A stretch of DNA of 64,000 nucleotides from Pyrinomonadaceae bacterium (lineage in GTDB: Bacteria; Acidobacteriota; Blastocatellia; Pyrinomonadales; Pyrinomonadaceae), in the NCBI GenBank assembly GCA_046313635.1, contig JBKBYA010000005.1:169529-233528 (forward strand), given 5' to 3'. Under the pieces are notes generated by a model. That model worked only from the letters and a program-made list of their open reading frames with translations, searched no databases and was not told where the DNA came from. This document shows positions 1 to 8,591 of the stretch, one piece after another. The position numbers and the translations under genes were made by a program. Each line of letters opens with the position of its first letter. Position 1 is the stretch's first letter.

Positions 1-1020
1 CGGCCCTTCGGCCGAGGGCGTTCCCTTTTCGACGGTGACGGCGATCGTCGACGCGCTTGGCAGGGCGTTCGCCGTCGAGCCGTCGGCGCCCACCGCGCGC
101 AGCGCGATCCAGCGTCCGGGCTGCGCGGCCTTGGACATGTTCGAGACCGGGGCACTCGCGGCGATCTCGGCCTCGGTCGCGAGGCGCGTCTGCAGACGGC
201 GTCCGGCCGAGCTGACCGAGATCGTCCGCAGCACCGCCTGCGGATCGATCGCCTGATCAAAACTCAAAAAGATGATCTCGTCACGCCGCACGATCTGATC
301 ATGCGGGTACATCTGTTCGACTTTTGGCGGCGGCGTGGTGAAGGTCCAAATAAAATCTTTTTCGAGCACCTGCCCGTTCGCCGCGCGCGTGCCGGCCGGG
401 ACGCGGGCCGTGAATTTTGTCGCCATCGGAAAGCGCTTTGCCGCGTCGAACATAAGCGTCTTGGTCCCAAGCCATCGCCACCGGCCCTCGACCTGCGGCG
501 TCAGCTCGACCGGAGCGTACTGCGACGCGTGCTCCTGAGAAGTGACCGCGACCATCGGCTGAGAGAACGTCACGCTCAGGTCGGGCGCGAGCTCGACCTC
601 GCCGGCCGGCGAATAGCGAATGACCTCAAGCGCGCGGCCGGGATCGACCTTTGGCGTGCCGCGCTGCTCGTCGGCGGGGAACTTTACCGAAACGCGCTTG
701 CCCGTCTTTGGCGGCGGCAGCGTGCCGAGGCGCTTCGCAAATTCCGTCTTATCGTCCGGCTGTGGTGTGATCGGGACGAGGCGCCCCAAGAGGCGCGACG
801 CGTCGGCGTCGGACAGTTTCTCCGCCGACGAGGGCTGCGGCCGCGCGACCGCGGCAGCGTCGGCCGGTCTGCCTTCGCTCAAACGAAACGTCAGGCCCGG
901 CGGCATATCTTTCAGTCTCTGCTGCATCGTCTTTGCAATGATCTGCGCGTTCAGTCGTGCGGGGGCGAGCATGCCGGTGTAAACGGCCAAAAGGACGAAA
1001 AGGGTTATCAGCTTTCTCAT
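1..1020 (-). CDS. Bacterial alpha-2-macroglobulin / Ig-like (MG) domain protein, N-terminal part; runs off the window edge
   Basis: Not in the ORF track. Manual translation from ATG at 1020 is open to position 1: signal peptide MRKLITLFVLLAVYTGMLAPA, then LEVIRYSPAGEVELAPDLSVTFSQPMV...GRWRWLGTKTLMF...FIWTFTTPPPKV...LSFDQAIDP...VEKGTPSAEGP, resembling the repeated Ig-like domains of large A2M-type proteins. Confidence 0.75.
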   Translation of the reverse strand, partial: MRKLITLFVLLAVYTGMLAPARLNAQIIAKTMQQRLKDMPPGLTFRLSEGRPADAAAVARPQPSSAEKLSDADASRLLGRLVPITPQPDDKTEFAKRLGTLPPPKTGKRVSVKFPADEQRGTPKVDPGRALEVIRYSPAGEVELAPDLSVTFSQPMVAVTSQEHASQYAPVELTPQVEGRWRWLGTKTLMFDAAKRFPMATKFTARVPAGTRAANGQVLEKDFIWTFTTPPPKVEQMYPHDQIVRRDEIIFLSFDQAIDPQAVLRTISVSSAGRRLQTRLATEAEIAASAPVSNMSKAAQPGRWIALRAVGADGSTANALPSASTIAVTVEKGTPSAEGP

Positions 1021-1347
1021 ATCTTGTCGGTCTCGCGATCGTGTCGTGCTGAGAGGTGCAAATTCCGCTCGGTGTTGGAACGCGTTCGCGGCAGCGGGCT
1101 TGCACCCGTCGATGCTCCGCGGCACGCTCTCCACCGACAAAGAGGCGGCCGGTGCGACGCGGTCTATCGAAGAGAGGTTCGACTGGCGAGGCTGTTTGGC
1201 GATGATCCTCGTCCGGTTCGGTGTGTGCGCAACGCGGTTCCGAGACCATCATAACGCGGCGCGCCGGGCGGCAGGCCATGCCGTGAATTACGGAAGGAAA
1301 ATGCTCGATACGCCCGAGCCGCAATGCCTTTATTCTGCGGATTTTCC

Positions 1348-1395
1348 TGTTATACTGATGCCGGAATTTGCAACTTCCGTAAACTGCCCGTCGTT
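1348..1395 (+). promoter_or_regulatory. Candidate pspA promoters: extended -10 (TG-T-TATACT) and ECF-type TGCAAC-N17-CGTT
   Basis: TGTTATACT at 1348-1356; TGCAAC at 1369-1374 and CGTT at 1392-1395. Confidence 0.4.
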
Positions 1396-1453
1396 AAGGC
1401 ATTTGCCCGATATTCGCCGGGGTTAATTCTGACTAGGAGCCGATAAAAAAGAA

Positions 1454-2227
1454 ATGGGATTGTGGGCCAGGATCATGAGGGTTTTTCGAGCGAGCACGGG
1501 TGCCGCGCTCGACAAGATCGAAAACCCTGAACTCGTCCTTCAACAGACCATCCGCGACATGCGCGACCGCGTGCCGGAACTGAACAATTCGGTCGCGCAG
1601 GTCATGGCGACCGAGCGTCTGCTGGCGAAGAATCGCGAGAATCTTGAGAAGCAGGTCGTCGAGCTCGATTCAAAGATCAAGGCCTCGGTCAAAATGGGAC
1701 GCGACGACATCGCCACCGCGTACATCGGACAGCTCCAGCAGGCGCAGCTCGATCTCGAGCGCACCGCCGGCCAGCTCGAGCACGCTCAGCTCAAGTCGCA
1801 GCAGGCACTCAAGGCTCGCGACAACTACGTCCTGAACATGAAGAAGCGCACGGCCGAGGCCATGCAGCTCATCAGCGCGGCCAAGCAGGCCAAGCTCCAG
1901 GAGCAGCTCGCGCAGACGATGGAGTCATTCAACATCGGCGACGACTCGTCAACGTTTGACGAGATGCGTGACAAGATCAACCGCCGCGTCGCGGCCGCCG
2001 AGGCCAAGCTTCAATTGGGATCGTCGTCGGTAGACTCGCAGATGGCCGATATCGAGCGCGAGGCGATGGACATACAGCTCCACGACAAGCTGCTCGAATA
2101 CAAGCAGCAGATGGGCATGCTCGGCACAGGTGCCGAGGCAAAGCAGATCGCGTCCGGCTCGGATGCCCAATCGTCACCAAACCAGACCGGTGCGGGCCAG
2201 CTTAACGAAGACGCACAGAATAGCTAG
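1454..2227 (+). CDS. pspA: PspA/IM30 (Vipp1, ESCRT-III-like) family protein
   Basis: Amphipathic N-terminus MGLWARIMRVF, motif LDKIENPELVLQQTIRDM, long coiled coil, FDEMRDKI motif; AGGAG upstream. Confidence 0.9.
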   Translation: MGLWARIMRVFRASTGAALDKIENPELVLQQTIRDMRDRVPELNNSVAQVMATERLLAKNRENLEKQVVELDSKIKASVKMGRDDIATAYIGQLQQAQLDLERTAGQLEHAQLKSQQALKARDNYVLNMKKRTAEAMQLISAAKQAKLQEQLAQTMESFNIGDDSSTFDEMRDKINRRVAAAEAKLQLGSSSVDSQMADIEREAMDIQLHDKLLEYKQQMGMLGTGAEAKQIASGSDAQSSPNQTGAGQLNEDAQNS

Positions 2228-2283
2228 CGACACGCGGCGGTATTTTTCGAACGCGGCCCGACACTTCAGCATCTAGACCGTTT

Positions 2284-3138
2284 ATGGCGGATTTGGCAAA
2301 GTACCAGCAGGACATCCAGAAGTTCAATTCCAGCTATGCAAAAGAGGCTTTGAAGGAGCCTTTTAATTTTTGGGGTCTCGCGGGCTTTGCGGTCGCCGCG
2401 GCTTATACGGCCAGCGTCATCCCGCTCTTGATAGCACTCATCTGCGAGGTGATCTACCTTTTGGTCGTTCCCAACCTTCCGGTCTACAGGCATCACGTCA
2501 TCGAGCGCGAAAAGGCGCGGCTCCGCGAGCTGCACCGCGCGTCGCGTGAGAAGCTGATCAAGTCTTTCACGCCCCGCGAACGCGAGGCGGTCGAGTACCT
2601 TCGCTGGCTCAAGGACAAGATCCAGGACAATTACAAAAAGTTCACGGGTGCACGGGAGCTGCCCGGGAATCTGCGTGCGCTCGACCAGCGTTGGGAGGAT
2701 TTCGTCGACCTTCTCGACGTCTATCGCCGCCGCAAGCAGCACTTGAAATCGATCAACCGGCAGGCCGTTCACAACCAACTCTCGCAGGCATACCGCGCGG
2801 CCGAGTCGGCGACCGACGAAAAGACACGCCGCATCCAGCAGACAAACGTCGAGATACTCAAGCGACGGATCGCGTCGTTTGACGAGATCGAGCGGAGCGT
2901 CAAGCTCGTCGAGGGCCAGCTGCAGTCGATCGAGAATTTCTTCAGCTATCTCAACGACGAGATCGTGACAATGTCGACGCCGGAGAAATTCTCGCTGCTC
3001 GACTTTGAGCAGCTCTCGGATTCGATCGCGATGACCAAGCAGATGCTCGACGCGACCGCCGACTCGGTCGGCCAGCTCGACGCTTACAACCGCGAGATGG
3101 GCAATTACGAACTCCTGCCGGAAGGAAACAGATCTTAG
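2284..3138 (+). CDS. Hypothetical membrane-anchored coiled-coil protein downstream of pspA
   Basis: 284 aa; two N-terminal hydrophobic helices followed by an all-helical charged domain; codon usage like neighbouring real genes. Confidence 0.8.
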   Translation: MADLAKYQQDIQKFNSSYAKEALKEPFNFWGLAGFAVAAAYTASVIPLLIALICEVIYLLVVPNLPVYRHHVIEREKARLRELHRASREKLIKSFTPREREAVEYLRWLKDKIQDNYKKFTGARELPGNLRALDQRWEDFVDLLDVYRRRKQHLKSINRQAVHNQLSQAYRAAESATDEKTRRIQQTNVEILKRRIASFDEIERSVKLVEGQLQSIENFFSYLNDEIVTMSTPEKFSLLDFEQLSDSIAMTKQMLDATADSVGQLDAYNREMGNYELLPEGNRS

Positions 3139-3179
3139 TAAAAACGAAGTAGGTCGAGCGAGTTCGGGCTCTGCCCGTC

Positions 3180-3298
3180 TATTTGCGGAAAAGCTCCGCT
3201 TTTCCGTCGAGCCATCCCGACCCTCGCCTCCCGCGGCGGCCTAGCCGCCGAAGTTTTAATGGCACCTTTCGGAAAAGCAGAGCTTTTTCCGCAAATAG
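3180..3298. repeat. REP/MITE-like element: about 27 bp inverted arms, each itself palindromic
   Basis: TATTTGCGGAAAAGCTCCGCTTTTCCG ... CGGAAAAGCAGAGCTTTTTCCGCAAATA. Confidence 0.7.
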
Positions 3299-3325
3299 GG
3301 CGGCGGAGCCGCAGGACGCAAAAAC

Positions 3326-3359
3326 AAAAGCGGCCGCCATTTTCGGCGGCCGTTTTTTT
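3326..3359. terminator. Bidirectional intrinsic terminator between convergent genes
   Basis: AAAAGCGGCCGCC-ATTTTC-GGCGGCCGTTTTTT. Confidence 0.8.
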
Positions 3360-4644
3360 ATCTCTCAAATCCGTCCATCTCCAGCATCGAGCTCGCCTCA
3401 ACTGCCGACGAACTTTCTTCGAGCACGATCTCTGGCTCCAGCGGCGGCGGCGCTCCGTCGAGGTCGCTGATCGCGAGCGCGAGATTGTTTGCGTTCGTCG
3501 AGTAGGCGAGGCCGACGTCGCGTGTGATGCGGCCGTCGCGGATCATCCGCTCGAGCACCTTGTCAAAGGTCTGCATTCCCTCCATCTCGCCGTCGTTCAT
3601 CGCGTCGGTGATCGAGCGGCCTTCCTTTTCGCCCTTCTCGATGTACTCGCGCGTTCGCGAATTTGAGACGAGTATCTCGATCGCTGCGATGCGCCCGCCG
3701 CCGACCTTCGGCATCAGACGCTGCGAGATGATGCGTCGGAAGGACTGTGACAGACGAGTACGAATGGCCGCCTCCTCGATCTTTGGAAACACGCCGATGA
3801 TGCGGTCGATCGTCTTCGCCGCGTCGATCGTGTGCAGGGTCGACAGGACGAGGTGGCCCGTCTCGGCCGCTTCCATCGCGACCTCGATCGTCTCGCGGTC
3901 GCGCATCTCACCGACGAGGATCACCTTCGGCGCCTGTCTTAGAGCGGCGCGCAGCGCAAGCGCAAAGTCGGGCGTATCGCTGTGCAGCTCGCGCTGGTGG
4001 ACGGTGCTGAGCTTGTGCTCGTGAATGAACTCGATCGGGTCCTCGATCGTGACGATGTGGTACTTCTTTGTCGAATTGATGAGGTCGATGATGGCGGCCA
4101 GCGTCGTCGATTTGCCCGAGCCGGTCGGGCCGGTAACGAGGACCAGACCGTTCTTAAGCTCGGCGACATTCCGGACGGCCAGGGGCAGATCGAGGTCTTG
4201 CCAGTTTGGCGGCTTTGTCGGGATGACGCGCATCACGATCGCGTACGAGCCGCGCTGTCTGAAGATGTTGACGCGAAACCGGCCGATGCCGCTGCAGCTG
4301 TACGAGATGTCGGCCGAGCCCTTTTTGTCGAGGGTCTCGATGCCCTGAGCGTTGCCGTGCAGCATCACGTCGGCCATCATTTTGATCTGTGCCGGCCGGA
4401 GCGATTCAAAGCCCGCGATCGCCACGCCGTGCAGGTCGCCGGTCAGCTCTACCTGCGGCGGCCGCCCGGGCGAAAAGATGAGGTCGCTGACGCCCGATCC
4501 GGCGGCGAGCATTTTTGCAAGCATCTCGTGAAATACCGTCTGGTCCACGGCTGCGACGTCCGGCGACCAGCCGCGATCGACGCGGTCGTCACGTTCGCAT
4601 TTCGCGCTCGTCCCGGAGCCCGGGATCTCTAATTCGTCCATCAT
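3358..4644 (-). CDS. pilT: PilT/PilU family type IV pilus retraction ATPase
   Basis: Walker A GPTGSGKST, TIEDPIE, ALRQAPKVILVGEMRD, AETGHLVLSTLHT, GMQTFD; start moved to the ATG at 4644. Confidence 0.9.
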   Translation of the reverse strand: MMDELEIPGSGTSAKCERDDRVDRGWSPDVAAVDQTVFHEMLAKMLAAGSGVSDLIFSPGRPPQVELTGDLHGVAIAGFESLRPAQIKMMADVMLHGNAQGIETLDKKGSADISYSCSGIGRFRVNIFRQRGSYAIVMRVIPTKPPNWQDLDLPLAVRNVAELKNGLVLVTGPTGSGKSTTLAAIIDLINSTKKYHIVTIEDPIEFIHEHKLSTVHQRELHSDTPDFALALRAALRQAPKVILVGEMRDRETIEVAMEAAETGHLVLSTLHTIDAAKTIDRIIGVFPKIEEAAIRTRLSQSFRRIISQRLMPKVGGGRIAAIEILVSNSRTREYIEKGEKEGRSITDAMNDGEMEGMQTFDKVLERMIRDGRITRDVGLAYSTNANNLALAISDLDGAPPPLEPEIVLEESSSAVEASSMLEMDGFER

Positions 4645-4894
4645 TGATATAGATCTGTGAAGCTGGATAACGGGGTGCCGAAAAAAGAAGCGGCCGCTGA
4701 AAAAAGGGCCGGCATCAATCTTACAATTCCATTCGGCCGAGGCGCAACGCAATTCTTCAGGTTTGTTCGTCCAGCGGTCGATAGAATAAAATCTTCGTTT
4801 TCACAGATCGGCCGCGACCTTCGCAGACACGACAGGACGAGCGCCGCGGCCGCGGATCGACAAGGTTTTTATCACAAAGACAGAATATTTTTTT

Positions 4895-5962
4895 ATGAAA
4901 AGAGTAGGAATCCTGGCGGGACGTGAGATCACGTTTCCCGAATCGATCATAAACAGCATTAACGAGCGCGGCGGCGGAAAGGTGGTCGCAGAGATGATCA
5001 AGGTGGGCGGCATCCGTCTGGACGAGCCAAAGCGTTACGACGTCATCGTCGACCGCATCTCGCACGAGGTGCCGTACTACCGCGCGATGCTCAAGCGGAT
5101 GGCGCTCGAGGGAACGTACGTCATCAACAACCCGTTCTGGTGGTCGGCCGACGACAAATTCTTCAATTACTGTCTCGCCGCAAAGCTCGGCGTCGCGATC
5201 CCTAAGACCGTTCTGCTGCCGCAGCATTCGTACATCGAGGCGATCTCGAGCGAATCGCTGCGCAATCTGGAATTCCCGATCGACTGGCAGGGCATCGTCG
5301 AGTACGTCGGCTTCCCCGCTTTTCTAAAGCCCTTTGACGGCGGCGGCTGGAAGAACGTCTCAAAGATCAGCTCGCTCGAGCAGCTCTGGTACGAGTACAA
5401 CCAGACGGGAACGCTCTGCATGGTGCTGCAGGAGGGCATCGAATACGATCAGTTCGTCCGCTGCTACGGCGTCGGGAAAGAGAAAGTGCTGGTGATGCCG
5501 TACGACCCGTCTAAGCCGTATCTCTCGGGCGAGCAGTACGTCGATGTTGACGGCTATCTCTCGCCGGAGCTGCAGGCCCGCGTCGAGCGAGACGTCAACA
5601 TCATCAACAACGCTCTGGGCTACGATCTCAACACGGTCGAATTTGCGATCAAGGACGGCGTCCCGTACGCGATCGATTTTATGAATCCGGCCCCGGACGC
5701 AGAGCTCGCCTCGGTCGGCGAACGGAATCACCGCTGGATCGTCGACGCAATGACGGAATTGATCTTCAGGAAACTTGAAGAGGGGCTCACCGTGCCCGAA
5801 TACCGCTGGTCGGCGATGCTGAGCGGGCAGTCGTCGCCCCAAGCGCGGGACGCCGCCGACCGCTCGACCGCGGCTGCCAAGGCGAGACAAAAGAATTCAA
5901 AGTCAAAGTCGGAGGCCAGGCCGACAAAGCCGGGCAAGGCCGCTGGAAAGTCGGCGAAATAA
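4895..5962 (+). CDS. ATP-grasp ligase (RimK/glutathione-synthase-like family)
   Basis: DRISHEVPYY, INNPFWWSADDKFF, FLKPFDGGGWKNV, LNTVEFAIKDGVPYAIDFMNPAPD; Lys/Ala-rich C-terminal tail. Confidence 0.85.
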   Translation: MKRVGILAGREITFPESIINSINERGGGKVVAEMIKVGGIRLDEPKRYDVIVDRISHEVPYYRAMLKRMALEGTYVINNPFWWSADDKFFNYCLAAKLGVAIPKTVLLPQHSYIEAISSESLRNLEFPIDWQGIVEYVGFPAFLKPFDGGGWKNVSKISSLEQLWYEYNQTGTLCMVLQEGIEYDQFVRCYGVGKEKVLVMPYDPSKPYLSGEQYVDVDGYLSPELQARVERDVNIINNALGYDLNTVEFAIKDGVPYAIDFMNPAPDAELASVGERNHRWIVDAMTELIFRKLEEGLTVPEYRWSAMLSGQSSPQARDAADRSTAAAKARQKNSKSKSEARPTKPGKAAGKSAK

Positions 5963-5978
5963 TGTTAATGGAGCATTC

Positions 5979-6014
5979 TGCGGGCCCGTCCGTTTCGGCG
6001 GTCGGGCCCGCATT
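5979..6014. terminator. Intrinsic terminator between convergent genes
   Basis: TGCGGGCCCG...CGGGCCCGCA followed by TTTTATTT. Confidence 0.65.
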
Positions 6015-7415
6015 TTATTTGTTTTGTTCGACGATGTGATACGGGATGCGCTCGACAAAGAATCGCGAAAGCACCGACAGGCCCGCGGAAGCGACAAAGG
6101 CGACGCCTGAAACGGCCCACCCGATATTCGCGATGAGATGATCGCCGACCGCGATGCCGAAGGCGATCACGGGCAGGCCCCAGAGCCCGAGCCGGAAAGA
6201 GGCCCGCGAAGCGCGCGTAAGCGAATTGAGCAGGTTCAGCCTGCCGATCTCGACATCCATATACTCATCGCTCTCGTGCAGACGGGCAAGATACTCGGCC
6301 TCCTCGGCCGACCATCGCCGCAGGCGCGGGTGATCGGCGCTCCTGCTCGCGGCGCTGAAATTGAGCACCGCGTGCGCGAGTCTGCCCTGATAGAGCGCGA
6401 TCTCGCCGAGGCCCTTAAGGGCACGAAAGCTGGTCTCGACCAGAGAAAGTACTTTGTTGTAAGTCTGTGCGGCTCGTTCGGGATCACCGGCACGAAAGTA
6501 CGTGTCGGCGAGATCCTCGAGCAGGCGCGGCTCGTTCATTGCCCGGCGTTCGGCGAGCCGCAGCATCGCCATCGAGCGACGCCGCAGCCGCTTGTCATTG
6601 GTCGCGGCCGAGAGCTCCTCGAGGCAGCGGCCAAAGTCGAGCAGCAGACGCGCGTCGTACGGGTCGATCCTCAAAGCCCTTCGAAAGGCTTCGGCTGCCT
6701 GAACGAACCGACCGGCGATGCGTAGTCTGTTGCCTGCCGTCCGCAGACTTGACGCCTTTGCCGACGACTCGATGCCCGGCGCCTGATCGGGGCGATGCGC
6801 ACGGCCCGTCCAGTTTCGGCTCGTGCGGTCCGGGTTGAGCGAACCCTCAAGGATCTCGGTCGACGGTATCTCGGCATTCGCCGCGACGGCTTCGACCTCG
6901 ACACGCTCGCAGAGGTAATCCCTCAACTCGACAGATCGACCGTCGAGGATCGCTTCCGGCAGCCGGACGAGTATCGAACGGATCATTTCGATATGGCCCC
7001 GCACCGATGTGTCGAGAGCGATCTCAAGCCCGCGCCCCCTGAAAACGACCCGTTGATGAAAACTGTAATTGCCGCCCCGCTTGATCGTCCGTCGGACGTA
7101 AGATTCAACGACGTCTACCGATCTTAGCCCGATGCCCTGCGGCAGGCCGAACAGCATGCTCCGAACGCGCCAATAGACGCCCCGGCGGATGATCCGGCGG
7201 CCGTCAAAGACGATGAGGTCCCGAAGCCCGGCTATGATCACCGCAGCGGCGAGCAATATCAGGACGGACGGGACAAACGCGCTCAAGCCGGCATACAGCG
7301 CCAGCAGTGCGAAAAAGAGGATCAAGAGAGCGGCCCAGACATACGATTCGGCGGGCGACCTCACCACGGCCTTCGTTCCCTTTGCCCCAGATCTCGATCC
7401 GCTCATGTCCGCCAT
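6015..7415 (-). CDS. Membrane protein with central TPR repeats
   Basis: N-terminal TM pair, TPR-like repeats (AAEAFRRALRIDPYDA; AAQTYNKVLSL), C-terminal TM pair. Confidence 0.7.
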   Translation of the reverse strand: MADMSGSRSGAKGTKAVVRSPAESYVWAALLILFFALLALYAGLSAFVPSVLILLAAAVIIAGLRDLIVFDGRRIIRRGVYWRVRSMLFGLPQGIGLRSVDVVESYVRRTIKRGGNYSFHQRVVFRGRGLEIALDTSVRGHIEMIRSILVRLPEAILDGRSVELRDYLCERVEVEAVAANAEIPSTEILEGSLNPDRTSRNWTGRAHRPDQAPGIESSAKASSLRTAGNRLRIAGRFVQAAEAFRRALRIDPYDARLLLDFGRCLEELSAATNDKRLRRRSMAMLRLAERRAMNEPRLLEDLADTYFRAGDPERAAQTYNKVLSLVETSFRALKGLGEIALYQGRLAHAVLNFSAASRSADHPRLRRWSAEEAEYLARLHESDEYMDVEIGRLNLLNSLTRASRASFRLGLWGLPVIAFGIAVGDHLIANIGWAVSGVAFVASAGLSVLSRFFVERIPYHIVEQNK

Positions 7416-7496
7416 AGGATCACGACCCCGATCGGCCGCCGTCTGTACTCTTTCAGACGACCGATCGGGGTCTGTTCTTCAATTTGATATTTCGAG

Positions 7497-8342
7497 CTAA
7501 CCGCCGAAAGGGCTGACCGGCGCGGGTTCCTGTATCTGGCCTGCCCGCTGCGGGTCGAGCTTTTCAAGTTTTTCCTTTGCCGACCTCGCCGTCTCGGTCA
7601 TCGGTACGGGCTTGCCCTCGGAGTCTTTAGCTTCGCTGGCGGTCTTTGCGATGCTGAAATAGATGTCGGCCGCCTCCTGAGTCTTGCCCTGCTTTTCGTA
7701 TATGCCGGCGAGTTCAAAATCGACAGTTTCTTTCGGGATCACGGGGGCGCTCACGGCCGATAGTTCCTGATAGTACTTAATTGCCTCTTCAAACTTCCCG
7801 TCGCCGGCGTATGCCTGCGCAAGAGCATATTTCGAGAGATCGCCGACCGGGCCGCCCGACCCCTTGAGGGCTTCGAGTTCCGCGATGCCGGCGGGCCGGT
7901 CGATCAAAAGCCTGGTGACGGCGGCGAAGTACCTGGCCTTTTCGCCGACGCTGCCGCCAAACTTCTCTGCAACCGACTGAAATTCGGCTATCGCGGCCTC
8001 GGCCCGTTCGCGCTCGGACTTAAAGACCTTTTCGGTCGAGCCCGCCGGCGCTCCGGCCTCCGAGATCCGGGCCCGCGACGTCTCGATCGCCTTGCCGAGC
8101 GCGGTCTGAGCGGTCGCATTCGAACGCTTGTTCCATAAACCGACGACACCGATCAGCACGGCGACAACGGCCAAGGCAGCCAGACCGTACAAGATCGTCC
8201 TGCCCTTGCCCTCAAGAGCCTTTGACGCGCCCTCGATGCGGCGGCTGACGGTCTGTTGAAAACGGTCCTCGTAGCGAACTGCCTCTTTGGGTTTGCCGGC
8301 GTCGGCCTCGACGGGCTGAAATCTTCGTTTTTTGGTTGCCAT
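7497..8342 (-). CDS. YfgM-like single-TM tetratricopeptide repeat protein
   Basis: Start MATKKRR at 8342, one TM helix, TPR repeats (LAQAYAGDGKFEEAIKYYQEL; LAGIYEKQGKTQEAADIY). Confidence 0.75.
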   Translation of the reverse strand: MATKKRRFQPVEADAGKPKEAVRYEDRFQQTVSRRIEGASKALEGKGRTILYGLAALAVVAVLIGVVGLWNKRSNATAQTALGKAIETSRARISEAGAPAGSTEKVFKSERERAEAAIAEFQSVAEKFGGSVGEKARYFAAVTRLLIDRPAGIAELEALKGSGGPVGDLSKYALAQAYAGDGKFEEAIKYYQELSAVSAPVIPKETVDFELAGIYEKQGKTQEAADIYFSIAKTASEAKDSEGKPVPMTETARSAKEKLEKLDPQRAGQIQEPAPVSPFGG

Positions 8343-8492
8343 TATTGAAATAACTGCAAAGCAGGAATGAACCGCGTTATATAATTGCCCGAGAGGGCCG
8401 CCGTTCAAAAGTGTTAATTTAACCGATACGCGACGAGATGAGCAAACGGTTCGGGGCAAAAAGGGCGGCGGAAAATATTTACTTCACCGGCG

Positions 8493-8521
8493 GGAACAAA
8501 TAGGGGTCGGCAGGTTTCAAT
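8493..8521 (+). promoter_or_regulatory. Candidate autoregulatory ECF promoter
   Basis: GGAACAA-N17-TCAAT about 70 bp upstream of the ECF sigma gene. Confidence 0.35.
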
Positions 8522-8591
8522 ATTTGCGTCCGCCGGGCCGACGCGGACGCTCTGGCTCACAAGCCGCCGCGAGAGTAGCAGGGACAAACGA

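Noticed and set aside
301..1254. 317 aa + strand ORF and other ORFs over 35-1426
   Set aside because: Arg-rich shadow frames antisense to the alpha-2-macroglobulin-like gene; no motifs
4645..4894. c-di-GMP or other riboswitch upstream of pilT
   Set aside because: No recognisable aptamer motif; only short GC stems and A/T runs
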